Source of the DNA: an uncultured Gemmatimonadales bacterium | GTDB lineage: Bacteria; Gemmatimonadota; Gemmatimonadetes; Gemmatimonadales; GWC2-71-9 | Assembly: GCA_963771275.1 (NCBI GenBank) | Contig: CAVYSW010000003.1 | Coordinates: 416,001 to 480,000 of the forward strand | Length of the DNA: 64,000 nt | Direction of reading: 5' to 3' | Part shown: positions 33,794 through 44,727 of the stretch, piece by piece | Position numbering within the stretch: the first letter of the stretch is position 1 | Layout of the letters: every line of letters begins with the position of its first letter | Translations under genes and position numbers: made by a program | The notes under the pieces: generated by a model | What the model was told of the DNA's origin: nothing | Database searches by the model: none | The model's input: the letters and a program-made list of their open reading frames with translations, nothing else

Positions 33794-34203
33794 ACCCGGG
33801 GCCAGGGCGGCTGCTGGCGATCGATTGGGGTACGAAGCGCATCGGTCTCGCCGTCTCGGACCCGACCGGCACGATCGCGCAGCCGCTCGCCACGCTCCGG
33901 CGCCGGGCGGGTCGCCGGTTTCCCATGCAGCAGCTCGGGACCTACCTGGCGGAGTACCACCCCGTGCGCATCGTCGTCGGCCTGCCGCTCGAGCCCGGCG
34001 GCGGGGAGGGCCCCAGTGCCCGCGCCGCCCGCGAGACCGCGGCGCTGATCGCCGCCAAGACCGGTCTCCCGGTCGTCCTCGTCGATGAGCGCATGACGAC
34101 GGCGCGGGCGCGCGAGGCCGACGCGGTGGGAGGGCGGGTGGATATCGACCAGCGGGCGGCGACGGTGCTGCTGCAGGCCTACCTCGACGGCGGAGCCCGG
34201 TGA
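33790..34203 (+). CDS. ruvX: Holliday junction resolvase-like RuvX/YqgF
   Basis: [38 protein letters not shown]. Confidence 0.93.
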   Translation: MNPGPGRLLAIDWGTKRIGLAVSDPTGTIAQPLATLRRRAGRRFPMQQLGTYLAEYHPVRIVVGLPLEPGGGEGPSARAARETAALIAAKTGLPVVLVDERMTTARAREADAVGGRVDIDQRAATVLLQAYLDGGAR

Positions 34204-35168
34204 GGCGCGCCGCGGCGCTCGTGCTGTGCGGGCTGTGCGCCTGCCGCGCGGCGCCGCCCACCGGCGAGCCCGTGCGGGTGACGATCCCGCGCGGGGCCAC
34301 GCTCGCCGCAGTGGCCGACACGCTCCACGCCCGTGGCGTCATCACGTCGCCGCGCTGGTTCCGCGTGTGGGCCACGGTGACCGGCCGCGAACGCGCGATT
34401 CAGGCGGGCGTCTACGACCTCTATCAGCACCGCCCCGCGCCCGAGGTGCTGCGCCTGCTGGTGTCCGGGGCGACCGCGTACCAACGGCTGGTGGTGCCGG
34501 AAGGTCTCATGCTCGGGGAGGTGGCGGACGAGGTCCACCGGCAGCTGGGCCTCCCGGCGGAGAGCGTGCGCGCGGCCGCGCGGGACCGCGCGCTCCTGGC
34601 GCTGGTGGATTCGGATGCGCCGAGCCTCGAGGGGTATCTCTACCCGAGCACGTACTTCGTGCCGGTCGCGGCCACGGCGCGTGATGTCGTGGCGCAGATG
34701 GTGGCGGAGTTCCTCGCGCGCTGGACGCCGGCATGGAGCGCCCGCCTCGACACGCTCGGGCTCACGCGGCGGCAGGTGGTCACGCTGGCGTCGATCATCG
34801 AGGGTGAGGTGCGGAACGGCGGCGACCGGCCGTTCGTCTCCTCGGTCTACCACAATCGCCTGCGCGCGGGGTGGCGGCTGCAGGCAGACCCGACCGTGAT
34901 CTTCGCGCTCGGGCGCCGGCGCCGGCTGTTCGAGAAGGACTACGAATACCGGTCGCCCTACAACACGTACCTGATCGACGGCCTCCCGCCCGGTCCGATC
35001 GGCCAGCCGTCCGCGGCGAGCCTCGCGGCGGCCCTGTATCCGGCGGCAACGGACTTCTTCTTCCTCGTGGCGCGGCCCGACGGCCAGCACGTGTTCTCGC
35101 GCACGCTGCGGGAGCATCTCGCGGCCGTCGCCGCGCTGCGCCGCGCGCGCGACGGCGGCGCCCGCTAG
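34200..35168 (+). CDS. mltG: Endolytic transglycosylase MltG
   Basis: LEGYLYPSTY, LASIIEGE, LQADPT, SPYNTY..GLPPGPI. Confidence 0.95.
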   Translation: MRRAAALVLCGLCACRAAPPTGEPVRVTIPRGATLAAVADTLHARGVITSPRWFRVWATVTGRERAIQAGVYDLYQHRPAPEVLRLLVSGATAYQRLVVPEGLMLGEVADEVHRQLGLPAESVRAAARDRALLALVDSDAPSLEGYLYPSTYFVPVAATARDVVAQMVAEFLARWTPAWSARLDTLGLTRRQVVTLASIIEGEVRNGGDRPFVSSVYHNRLRAGWRLQADPTVIFALGRRRRLFEKDYEYRSPYNTYLIDGLPPGPIGQPSAASLAAALYPAATDFFFLVARPDGQHVFSRTLREHLAAVAALRRARDGGAR

Positions 35169-35812
35169 CGCCCGGGCCGGCTCGCGTCCACGGCGTGGCG
35201 CAGCGCCCGCGCGGCCCGCTCGATGTCCGGCGCCCCGAAGATCGCCCCGATCACCGCCACGCCGGCTGCGCCGGCGGCACACAGCACCGCCACCCGTGCC
35301 GCCGTGATCCCACCGATCGCGACGCAGGCGACGCCCGCGGGCGCGCGGGCGGCCAAGGCCGCGAAGCCCGTCGGGCCGATCGGGGCACCGGCGTCGGCCT
35401 TGCTCGGCGTCGCGTAGATCGCGCCGATGCTCCAGTAGTCCGCGCCCGCCCGGCGCGCCTCATCCGCTTCCGCGATCGTGCCAACCGAGACGCCGATCCG
35501 GAGGGGACGGGGTGCGTGCCCGCGCACCAGATCGGCCGGGAGATCGTCCGCTCCGAGGTGCACGCCGGCCGCACCGGCCAGCCAGGCGATGTCCGCCCGG
35601 TCGTTGACGTACACCGGAATGCCGAGGGCCGCCATCAGCCGCCCGGTCCAGCGCAGCGTCTCGCCGGCGGGGCTATCCTTCATGCGCACTTGGAGGATCG
35701 TCGCGCCGCCGGCCTCCGCCGCCCGGGCGGCGTCGAGCGCCCGCGCTCCCACGGCGGCGGGATCGAAGATGGCGATCAGGCGAACGTCGGGCGGTGCGTT
35801 GCGCGATTCCAT
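35165..35812 (-). CDS. thiE: Thiamine phosphate synthase
   Basis: QVRMK, VNDRADIA, GVHLGADD, TPSK, AIGGI. Confidence 0.9.
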   Translation of the reverse strand: MESRNAPPDVRLIAIFDPAAVGARALDAARAAEAGGATILQVRMKDSPAGETLRWTGRLMAALGIPVYVNDRADIAWLAGAAGVHLGADDLPADLVRGHAPRPLRIGVSVGTIAEADEARRAGADYWSIGAIYATPSKADAGAPIGPTGFAALAARAPAGVACVAIGGITAARVAVLCAAGAAGVAVIGAIFGAPDIERAARALRHAVDASRPGR

Positions 35813-36986
35813 GAACGGGAAAGGTAGCCCGCCGACGGTGGTGGTCGAGCCGCGCGGCGCACGGCGCTGGCGACAGGGCCACCCCTGGATCTACCGGTCC
35901 GACGTCGTCGCCGGCGACGTCACGCCCGGGGTCGTCCACGTGACGAATCGGGCCGGCCGATTCCTCGGCCAGGCCCTGTGGAGCCCGGCATCGGAGATCC
36001 GGCTGCGCTTCCTCACGAGCGAGGCGGAGCCGGTCGGCCCCGACTGGTGGGCGCGCCGGCTCGGTGCCGCCCAGGCCCGCCGCGCAGCGCTGGATCCACC
36101 GGCTACCGCGTACCGCGTCGTCCACGCGGAGGGCGACGGTCTTCCCTCGCTCATCGTGGATCGCTACGGGCCCTACGTGGTGGCCCAGCTGCTGTCGGCC
36201 GGACTCGAAGCGGTACGCGCCGACGTCCTCGGGGCGATCGACGCGGTGCTCGCGCCCGACGCCGTGCTGTTGCGGAACGACGCGTCCGTGCGGCGCCACG
36301 AGGGCCTGCCACTCGCCGTCGAGCCGGTGCGGGGCACGGTCCCCGACCCGATCGAGGTCGAGGAGGGCGGCGTCCGCTACCTCGCGGCCCCCCGCACGGG
36401 GCAGAAGACCGGCGCATTCCTCGATCAACGCGAGCATCACGCGCTCATGGGGCGGCTGGCGCGCGGACGCGCGCTGGACCTGTTCTGCTACCACGGGCTG
36501 TTCGCGCTCCACATGGCCGGGCGCGCCGAGCGGGTGCTGGGCGTCGACTCCAGCACCGCCGCCCTCGCCGTTGCCGAGCGCAACCGCCAGCTCAACGGCC
36601 GGCGCAACGTGGCGTGGCAGGAGGGGAACGCGTTCGACGTGCTGCGGGAGCTGGAGCGCGCGGGCGAGCGCTTCGAAACGATCGTGCTCGACCCGCCGGC
36701 CTTCGCGAAGGATCGGGCGGCCGTGTCGGGGGCGCTGCGCGGCTACAAGGAGATCAACCTGCGTGCGATCCGGCTGCTCGCGCCGGGCGGCGTGCTGTTC
36801 ACGGCCTCGTGCTCGTTCCATGTGCACCGGGCGCAGTTCTTCGCGATGCTGGCCGACGCCGCGGCCGACAGCGGGCGCCGCGTGGTCCTGCGTCACACGC
36901 TCGGCCAGCCCGCCGACCACCCGGAGATCGTCACCGTTCCCGAGACCGGCTATCTGAAAGGCGCACTGCTGCACGTGACGGAGTGA
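35811..36986 (+). CDS. RlmI/RlmK-like class I SAM-dependent rRNA methyltransferase
   Basis: GHPWIY PUA start, GQKTGAFLDQRE, LDPPAFAK, ETGYLK. Confidence 0.92.
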   Translation: MNGKGSPPTVVVEPRGARRWRQGHPWIYRSDVVAGDVTPGVVHVTNRAGRFLGQALWSPASEIRLRFLTSEAEPVGPDWWARRLGAAQARRAALDPPATAYRVVHAEGDGLPSLIVDRYGPYVVAQLLSAGLEAVRADVLGAIDAVLAPDAVLLRNDASVRRHEGLPLAVEPVRGTVPDPIEVEEGGVRYLAAPRTGQKTGAFLDQREHHALMGRLARGRALDLFCYHGLFALHMAGRAERVLGVDSSTAALAVAERNRQLNGRRNVAWQEGNAFDVLRELERAGERFETIVLDPPAFAKDRAAVSGALRGYKEINLRAIRLLAPGGVLFTASCSFHVHRAQFFAMLADAAADSGRRVVLRHTLGQPADHPEIVTVPETGYLKGALLHVTE

Positions 36987-37052
36987 CCAGCCACACACCG
37001 GGCGTTTTCGTCGTTTGTTCGCGTGTTGACAGCGCCCTGAGCCCCCACGACC

Positions 37053-37883
37053 TTGCAGCATGGCTTCCGCCCGCCGGCCGTGCTGACCGAGCCCCTCCCC
37101 CAGCGACGCCGTCGGCGACCGCTTTCGCTGCGACAGGAGTACGAGGAGTTCATCCTCCAGCGCATCGAGGACTACAAGAACCAGCTGAGCCGCGAGCAGA
37201 TCCTCTCCCTGGGCGACGAGGCCGTACGCGAGCTCGAGGTCGGTCCCGCGGGACAGCTGCTGCTCACCGAGGTCCTCATGCTCGAGCATGTGGACCGGCT
37301 GATCACGCGCCGGCTGCGCCTGCCGACCTTCCGGCGCTGGCGTGACCGGCACACGCGGATGCGCAAGGCGCAACGCGAGCTGACGCACTGGGGGCTCGCC
37401 GCCGATCTACCCCTGGCCGCCCTGGCCCAGCGCCTCGAGGAGGACGAGCCGGTCGTGGTGATCGGGGCCGCGGCGGCCGGCACGGCGTTCTACCTCGCGG
37501 CGCACGACGTTGTGGCCCTGGTGATTGCCGAGTCGCTGCCGGCCGTGGAGGCGATCGAGACCCAGGCGGCCCAGGAAGCCCTGGCGGGGCGCGTGCAGGC
37601 GCTGGTGGTGGCGCTGGGCGACTGGTTCCCGGACGTCGAGCCCGCGCTCGCGGTCGTGGACCCCGCCGTGTTCGCGACGCTCGACGCCTCCGCGCGCGTA
37701 CGCGCCATGGACGTGCTGCGCGAGCGGACGGTGCACCGCGGCGTCCACCTGATTCTCCCCGTCGAGCAGCGCAGCGACGTGCGCTCGCTCGCGCCGGAGG
37801 CGCTGCTGGCGCATTACGCGGGCTGGCAGGTCGAGCGCAGTCCCCGTGCCCGCGGTCGCTGGTTTCTCGCGATCAAGCCCTGA
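37053..37883 (+). CDS. Hypothetical protein, possible degenerate Rossmann/methyltransferase-like C-terminus
   Basis: Coding-like codon pattern; co-oriented between the rlmI-like gene and fdhF; start uncertain. Confidence 0.65.
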   Translation: MQHGFRPPAVLTEPLPQRRRRRPLSLRQEYEEFILQRIEDYKNQLSREQILSLGDEAVRELEVGPAGQLLLTEVLMLEHVDRLITRRLRLPTFRRWRDRHTRMRKAQRELTHWGLAADLPLAALAQRLEEDEPVVVIGAAAAGTAFYLAAHDVVALVIAESLPAVEAIETQAAQEALAGRVQALVVALGDWFPDVEPALAVVDPAVFATLDASARVRAMDVLRERTVHRGVHLILPVEQRSDVRSLAPEALLAHYAGWQVERSPRARGRWFLAIKP

Positions 37884-37937
37884 GGGCCTCCGCGGCGGCA
37901 TTGCGCCGCCGGCCGGCGCGAAGCCACCTTTCGGTGC

Positions 37938-40886
37938 ATGCCCAGCCTGCAGATCGACGGGTCACGCATCGACGCCCCCGAAGGGGCGACCATTCTCGCG
38001 GCCGCGCGCGCCGCCGGCATGGCCATCCCGACCCTGTGCTGGTATCCCAAGCTCCCGGTCGTCGGCAACTGCCGCATTTGCGTGGTCGCGGTCGCCGGAG
38101 AGGCGAAGCTGCTTCCCGCCTGCGCCACGGTCGTGGCGGAGGGCATGCGGGTGCAGACGGAGACCCCGGAGGTCGTCGCGGCGCGCCGCGGCGTGCTGCG
38201 ATTCCTGCTGGAGCGCTACCCTGCCGACCACCTGCTGACCGGCGGCCGGACCACCCCGCGCAATGAGTTCGAGGAGTACGTGGTCCGCTACGGCGTGACG
38301 CCGCGGCCGGCGGCGCAGCATGCCCTGCCGCTGCGCGCCGGCGACGAGCGGCCCGGCGACCCGATGATCGCCCACGACATGAGCCTGTGCATCCTGTGCA
38401 CGCGCTGCGTGCGGGCGTGCGAGGACATCCAGGTGGTGGGCGTGCTCGACGTGGCGCATCGCGGCGACCGTGCCCAGATCATCGTGGGCGCCGACGGCGA
38501 CCCCGACAAGGCGCACTGCACGTGGTGCGGGGAGTGCGTCCGCGTCTGCCCGACGGGGGCGATCTTCGAGGTGATTCCCCGGGAGCGGTTCGGGACGGCG
38601 CGGGTGACGCCCGACCGGGTCGTCCGCTCGGTGTGCCCGTACTGCGGCGTCGGCTGTCAGGTGGACCTGCACGTCAAGGACAATGCAGTGGTGCGCGTCA
38701 CGTCGCCGTCCTTCGAGGAGGTGACCCCCAACGACGGCTCCACGTGCGTCAAGGGTCGGTTCGGCTACGACTTCACGCAGCACCGCGATCGCCTGACCAG
38801 GCCGCTGATCCGCAAGGGCTGGGAGCGGCGCGACGGCGGCTGGGCGTGGACCGGCCCGACCGACGCGCGGCGCCGCGCCGGCCCGTGGCACAGCATGACC
38901 GAGGAGGGGGCCCAGTCCAAGCCGCCTGCCCCACCCCGGGCGGTCGGCAAGCGGATCCGCGACCTGCCGCTGCTCGAGCGCGTGACCCAGGACATCCGCG
39001 ACCGGGCCACCACGCCGGCTGCGTGGTACGAGCCGTTCCGCGAGGCGACGTGGGACGAGGCGCTCTCGCTCGTGAGCCAGGAGCTGGTGCGGGTGCACCG
39101 CGCGCACGGCGCCGAGGCGATGGCGGTATTCCAGAGCGCCAAGTGCACGAACGAGGAGAACTACCTGCAGCAGCGGCTGTTCCGCGCCGCGTTCGGCACC
39201 AACAACATCGACCACTGCACGCGACTGTGTCACTCCACCAGCGTGTCGGCGATGCAGGACGCGCTCAGCACGGCCGCGGCGTCGGGATCGATGCGCGAGG
39301 TGGAGGAGGCCTGCGACGTGATCCTGATCGCCGGCGCCAACACGACCGAGACGCACCCCGTGTTCGGGGCGGCGATCAAGCGCGCGCAACGGCGGGGCGC
39401 GTTCCTGATCGTGGCGGACCCGCGGCGGATCGAGCTTGCCGCGCGGGCGGACCTCCACCTGCAGATGCAGCCCGGCACCGACGTCGCGCTGTTCAACGCG
39501 ATGCTGCACCACATCCTGGCGGCGGGTCTCGAGGACCGCGGGTTCATCGCGTCGCGCACCAACGGCTTCGACGCGGTGCGGGCCGCCGTGGCGCCCTACA
39601 CGCCCGAGCGGGCCGCGGCGATCACCGGCGTGCCGGCCGGGCTGATCCGTGCGGCCGCCGAGCGCTACGCGCGCGGGCCCAACACCACGACGATCTGGGC
39701 CATGGGCCTGACGCAGCACCTCACCGGCCACGACATGGTGACGGCGCTCCTCAACCTGATCCTCGCCACGGGGATGATCGGCCGGTGGGGCAGCGCCATG
39801 CTGCCGGTCCGCGGACAGAACAACGTGCAAGGCGCTTCCGACATGGGCGCCATCCCGTTCGTGTACCCGGACTACCAGCCGGTAGCCGATCCGGCCATTC
39901 GCGCCAAGTTCGCCGCGGCGTGGGGCGTGGACCCGGAAACGATGTCGCTCACGCCCGGGCTCAAGGTGACGGAAATGGCGCGGGAGGGCTCACCGATCCG
40001 CGCGCTGTACATCATGGGCGAGAACCCGATCATCTCCGACCCCGACATCGCGCATGCCGAGGCGTGGTTCCGCACGGTCGAGTTCCTCACGGTGCAGGAC
40101 CTGTTCCTCACCGAGACGGCGCGCTACGCGGACGTGGTGCTGCCGGGCGGCTCGTTTGCCGAAAAGACCGGCACGTTCGCCAACACGGAGCGGCGGATCC
40201 AAGTCGCCGACAAGGCGGTCGAGCCGCCTGGCGAAGCACGCGCGGATTGGGAGATCCTCGTGGATCTGTCGCGGCGCGTTGGCCTCGCCACGCCGTTCGC
40301 GTCGCCCGAGCAGGTGATGGAGGAAATCAGCCAGCTCGCGCCGGCGTGGGCCGGCATCACCTACCAGCGGCTGCGGGCCGGCGGGCTCCAGTATCCGGTC
40401 CCCACCGCCGACCACCCCGGCACGGCGTTCCTGTTCGGCGAGCGGTTCCCCACCACCGATGGCCGGGCGACGTTCCACGCCGTCGAGTACGCGGACCCCG
40501 GCGAGCTGCCCGACGCGGAGTATCCGTTCGTGATGTGCACCGGCCGGCAGCTGTATCACTGGCACACCGGGACCATGACGCGGCGCTCGCGTGGCCTCGA
40601 CGCCCGCGAGCCGATCGCCACGGTCGAGGTGAATCCCGCAGACGCCGCCGACCTGGGGGTGAGCGACGGCGATCCGGTGCGGATCACGAGCCGACGCAAC
40701 TCGATGCTGATCGCGGTGCGCGTGTCGGACCGGGTAGCGCGGTGGCAGGTGTTCGTCCCGTTCCACTTCCGCGAGGCGGCGGCCAACTTGCTCACCAACC
40801 CGGTGCTCGAGCCGCACGCGAAAATGGCCGCGCTCAAGGTCTGCGCCGTGCGGCTCGAGGCGGTGGGCGCGCCGTCGCCGGCTTGA
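37938..40886 (+). CDS. fdhF: Formate dehydrogenase alpha-subunit-like molybdopterin oxidoreductase with N-terminal Fe-S domains
   Basis: 2Fe-2S (IPTLC..CRIC..C), two 4Fe-4S motifs, CPYCGVGC, HCTRLCHS (Cys ligand), RGQNNVQG. Confidence 0.9.
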   Translation: MPSLQIDGSRIDAPEGATILAAARAAGMAIPTLCWYPKLPVVGNCRICVVAVAGEAKLLPACATVVAEGMRVQTETPEVVAARRGVLRFLLERYPADHLLTGGRTTPRNEFEEYVVRYGVTPRPAAQHALPLRAGDERPGDPMIAHDMSLCILCTRCVRACEDIQVVGVLDVAHRGDRAQIIVGADGDPDKAHCTWCGECVRVCPTGAIFEVIPRERFGTARVTPDRVVRSVCPYCGVGCQVDLHVKDNAVVRVTSPSFEEVTPNDGSTCVKGRFGYDFTQHRDRLTRPLIRKGWERRDGGWAWTGPTDARRRAGPWHSMTEEGAQSKPPAPPRAVGKRIRDLPLLERVTQDIRDRATTPAAWYEPFREATWDEALSLVSQELVRVHRAHGAEAMAVFQSAKCTNEENYLQQRLFRAAFGTNNIDHCTRLCHSTSVSAMQDALSTAAASGSMREVEEACDVILIAGANTTETHPVFGAAIKRAQRRGAFLIVADPRRIELAARADLHLQMQPGTDVALFNAMLHHILAAGLEDRGFIASRTNGFDAVRAAVAPYTPERAAAITGVPAGLIRAAAERYARGPNTTTIWAMGLTQHLTGHDMVTALLNLILATGMIGRWGSAMLPVRGQNNVQGASDMGAIPFVYPDYQPVADPAIRAKFAAAWGVDPETMSLTPGLKVTEMAREGSPIRALYIMGENPIISDPDIAHAEAWFRTVEFLTVQDLFLTETARYADVVLPGGSFAEKTGTFANTERRIQVADKAVEPPGEARADWEILVDLSRRVGLATPFASPEQVMEEISQLAPAWAGITYQRLRAGGLQYPVPTADHPGTAFLFGERFPTTDGRATFHAVEYADPGELPDAEYPFVMCTGRQLYHWHTGTMTRRSRGLDAREPIATVEVNPADAADLGVSDGDPVRITSRRNSMLIAVRVSDRVARWQVFVPFHFREAAANLLTNPVLEPHAKMAALKVCAVRLEAVGAPSPA

Positions 40887-40901
40887 GGAGGGGCGAGGCT
40901 C

Positions 40902-41693
40902 ATGGATCTCGGAATCGCGGGGCGTGTGGCGCTGGTGTGCGGCTCGTCGAGCGGGCTGGGCCGTGCCATCGCCGCAGCCTTCGTGGAAGCCGGCTGCCGG
41001 GTGGCAATCAATGCCCGCACCCCGGCCACGCTGGCGCAGGCGGCCGACGCGCTGCGCCGGCACGCCACCGCGGACGTCGCGGCGTTTCCGGCGGACGTGA
41101 GCGTGCCCGCGGAGGCCACCGGGCTCGTGGAGCGCGTGCAGCACGAGCTGGGAGGCGTCGACATCCTGATCTGCAACGCCGGCGGCCCGCCGGCGGCACC
41201 GTTCGCCGACGTTCCGGCCGAGCAGTGGCAGGCCGCCCTCGCGCTGAACCTCCTGTCCACCGTGCATCTCTGCCGGACGGCCGTGCCGATCATGCGACGG
41301 CGCGGCTGGGGGCGCGTGGTCTGTCTCACCAGCGTCGCCGCCAAGCAGCCGCTGCCCGGCCTGATCCTGTCGTCCACCGCGCGCGCGGGGGTGCTCGGGT
41401 TCGCCAAGAGCCTCGCCGACGAGGTGGCGACCGCGGGCATCACGGTCAACGTGGTCTGCCCCGGATACATGCGCACGGGACGCGTCGAGGATCTCGCGGC
41501 CGCGCGGGCGGCGCAGAGCGGCCGTCGCATCGAGGACGTGCTGGCGGGGACGATCGGCAACATCCCGCTCGGCAGGATGGGCGAGCCGGAGGAGCTCGCC
41601 GCCGCGGTCGCGTTTCTGGCGTCCGAGCCCGCGCGCTATATTACCGGCGCCGTCCTCCAGGTGGACGGGGGGTTCACGCGGAGCGTGGTGTAG
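40902..41693 (+). CDS. SDR family oxidoreductase
   Basis: CGSSSGLG, NAGGP, NVVCPG, YITG..VDGG; YxxxK replaced by SSTAR. Confidence 0.9.
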   Translation: MDLGIAGRVALVCGSSSGLGRAIAAAFVEAGCRVAINARTPATLAQAADALRRHATADVAAFPADVSVPAEATGLVERVQHELGGVDILICNAGGPPAAPFADVPAEQWQAALALNLLSTVHLCRTAVPIMRRRGWGRVVCLTSVAAKQPLPGLILSSTARAGVLGFAKSLADEVATAGITVNVVCPGYMRTGRVEDLAAARAAQSGRRIEDVLAGTIGNIPLGRMGEPEELAAAVAFLASEPARYITGAVLQVDGGFTRSVV

Positions 41694-41768
41694 GGCGGCA
41701 CGGCGGCATGGCGCCAGCCCGGCCCGCGACCCGCACCGCCGTTCGACCATCCGTTCTACTGAGGTTTC

Positions 41769-42803
41769 ATGCGCGCCATTCGCAAGTCCCGCCCGGGCGC
41801 CGGTCTCGAAGTCTGTGACGTTCCCAAACCCTCGTACGGGCCCGCCGACGTGCTGATCCAGGTTCACCATGCCGGCGTGTGCGGCACCGACCTGCACATC
41901 GCCCAATGGGACGAGTGGGCCCAGGGCCGGATCAAGCCGCCCGTCGTGCTGGGGCACGAGTTCGCGGGCGAAGTCGTCGCCGTCGGCAAGGACGTGGACG
42001 AGTTCGCGCCCGGCGAGCTGGTCACCGCGGAAGGGCACATCGTGTGCGGGCACTGCCGGCAGTGCCGCACCGGCAACGGCCACATCTGCCAGCGCACGTC
42101 GATCATCGGAGTGGACCGGGACGGCGCGTTCACCGAGCAGATCGCCATGCCCGCGACCAACGTCATGGCGTTGGGCGGGATCCCCACCACCATCGGCGCC
42201 ATCATGGACCCGATCGGCAACGCGTTCCACACCGTGCTCACCGGCACCGAGGTGCCGGGGTCGTCGGTCCTGGTGCTGGGGTGCGGCCCGATCGGCTGCT
42301 TTGCCGTCGGCATCGCCCGCGCCGCCGGCGCGGTTTCGGTGATCGCAACGGACGTGAACCCCACCCGGCTGGAGCTGGCGCGCCGGATGGGCGCGCAGGT
42401 GCTGATCAACGCGCAGACGGACGACGTGGTGAGCCGCGTGCGCGACGCGACGGGCGGCGAGGGCGCAGACATCGTGTGCGAGATGTCCGGCCACCCCGGG
42501 GCGCTCGCGCAGGCGTTCAAGTCCGTCCGCCTCGGAGGGCGCGTCAATCTGCTGGGCCTGCCCAAGGGCGAAGTGACCCTCAACCTCTCGACCGACATGA
42601 TCTTCAAGGGCGTAACGGCCTACGGCGTCATCGGCAGGCGGATGTACGAGACGTGGCACCAGATGCGCACGTTTCTCGGGTCGGGCCACCTGGATCCCAT
42701 GCCGGTGGTCACTCACCGCTTCCCGCTGGAGCGGATCGACGACGCGCTCGAGGCGATCGCGTCGGGCGCCGCGGGGAAGGTGATCCTCGAGATCGCCGGG
42801 TGA
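41769..42803 (+). CDS. tdh: L-threonine 3-dehydrogenase
   Basis: CGTDLHI..WDEWAQ, GHEFAG, CGHCRQC, GCGPIG, GRRMYETW. Confidence 0.95.
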   Translation: MRAIRKSRPGAGLEVCDVPKPSYGPADVLIQVHHAGVCGTDLHIAQWDEWAQGRIKPPVVLGHEFAGEVVAVGKDVDEFAPGELVTAEGHIVCGHCRQCRTGNGHICQRTSIIGVDRDGAFTEQIAMPATNVMALGGIPTTIGAIMDPIGNAFHTVLTGTEVPGSSVLVLGCGPIGCFAVGIARAAGAVSVIATDVNPTRLELARRMGAQVLINAQTDDVVSRVRDATGGEGADIVCEMSGHPGALAQAFKSVRLGGRVNLLGLPKGEVTLNLSTDMIFKGVTAYGVIGRRMYETWHQMRTFLGSGHLDPMPVVTHRFPLERIDDALEAIASGAAGKVILEIAG

Positions 42804-43174
42804 TCATCGGGATCGGCACGGACGTGGCGGACATCGGCCGCTTCACCGCGGAGACGGGCCGCCACGGCGCCGACCTCCTCGCCGCGTTCCTCACGCCGAC
42901 GGAGCTGGCGGCATGCCGCGTCCACCCGCGCGGCCCCGCGGCCTCGGCGGCGCGGTTCGCCGCCAAGGAAGCCTGCGCCAAGGCGCTCGGCACCGGGGTG
43001 CTCGGCCGGCTGTCCTGGCAGGACATGGAGCTCCGCGAGACCGGCGCGGGCGCGACGCTCCACCTGACCGGCCGCGCACAGCAGCTTGCCGCAGCGCGCG
43101 GCGTCCGCGCCATTCACGTGAGCCTCACCCGGACCGCGCACCTCGCGGCCGCCGTCGTGGTCCTGGAAGGCTGA
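42800..43174 (+). CDS. acpS: Holo-[acyl-carrier-protein] synthase
   Basis: IIGIGTDV, ARFAAKEACAKALGTG, IHVSLT; GTGA overlap with tdh. Confidence 0.9.
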   Translation: MIIGIGTDVADIGRFTAETGRHGADLLAAFLTPTELAACRVHPRGPAASAARFAAKEACAKALGTGVLGRLSWQDMELRETGAGATLHLTGRAQQLAAARGVRAIHVSLTRTAHLAAAVVVLEG

Positions 43175-43215
43175 CGCCCACTTTGCTGGAGGCCTCGAGC
43201 CAGAGGGCATCGATC

Positions 43216-43458
43216 ATGGAAGACGCGATTCTGGAGTACATCCGCGGCGAGTACCTCGAAGACGATGACGACGTGGAGCTGACCGCGAGCACGCCGCTGA
43301 TCTCGAGCGGCATCGTGGACAGCTTCAGCATGGTGAGCCTCAAGCGGTTCCTCGAGAAGAAATATCAGATCTCCATTCCCGACGACGACGCTTCCGCCGA
43401 GGCGTTCGACACCGTCGCGAGCATCGCGCGAGTCGTGCGAAAGCAACAGGGAGCGTGA
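43216..43458 (+). CDS. Acyl carrier protein (DltC-like type)
   Basis: 80 aa acidic protein with GIVDSF phosphopantetheine site and FDTVASI. Confidence 0.9.
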   Translation: MEDAILEYIRGEYLEDDDDVELTASTPLISSGIVDSFSMVSLKRFLEKKYQISIPDDDASAEAFDTVASIARVVRKQQGA

Positions 43459-43459
43459 T

Positions 43460-44707
<1,248 letters not shown>

Positions 44708-44727
44708 GGCGCGACCGGCTGGACGAC

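Noticed and set aside
39220..39240. Selenocysteine in the formate dehydrogenase
   Set aside because: The active-site codon is TGT (Cys) and there is no in-frame TGA.
37962..42716. Very long alternative ORFs (e.g. 38387-41818 +, 39990-42716 -; likewise 58436-61594 -, 58486-61746 +)
   Set aside because: Shadow frames of real GC-rich genes; Arg/Gly/Pro/Ala-rich with no recognisable motifs.
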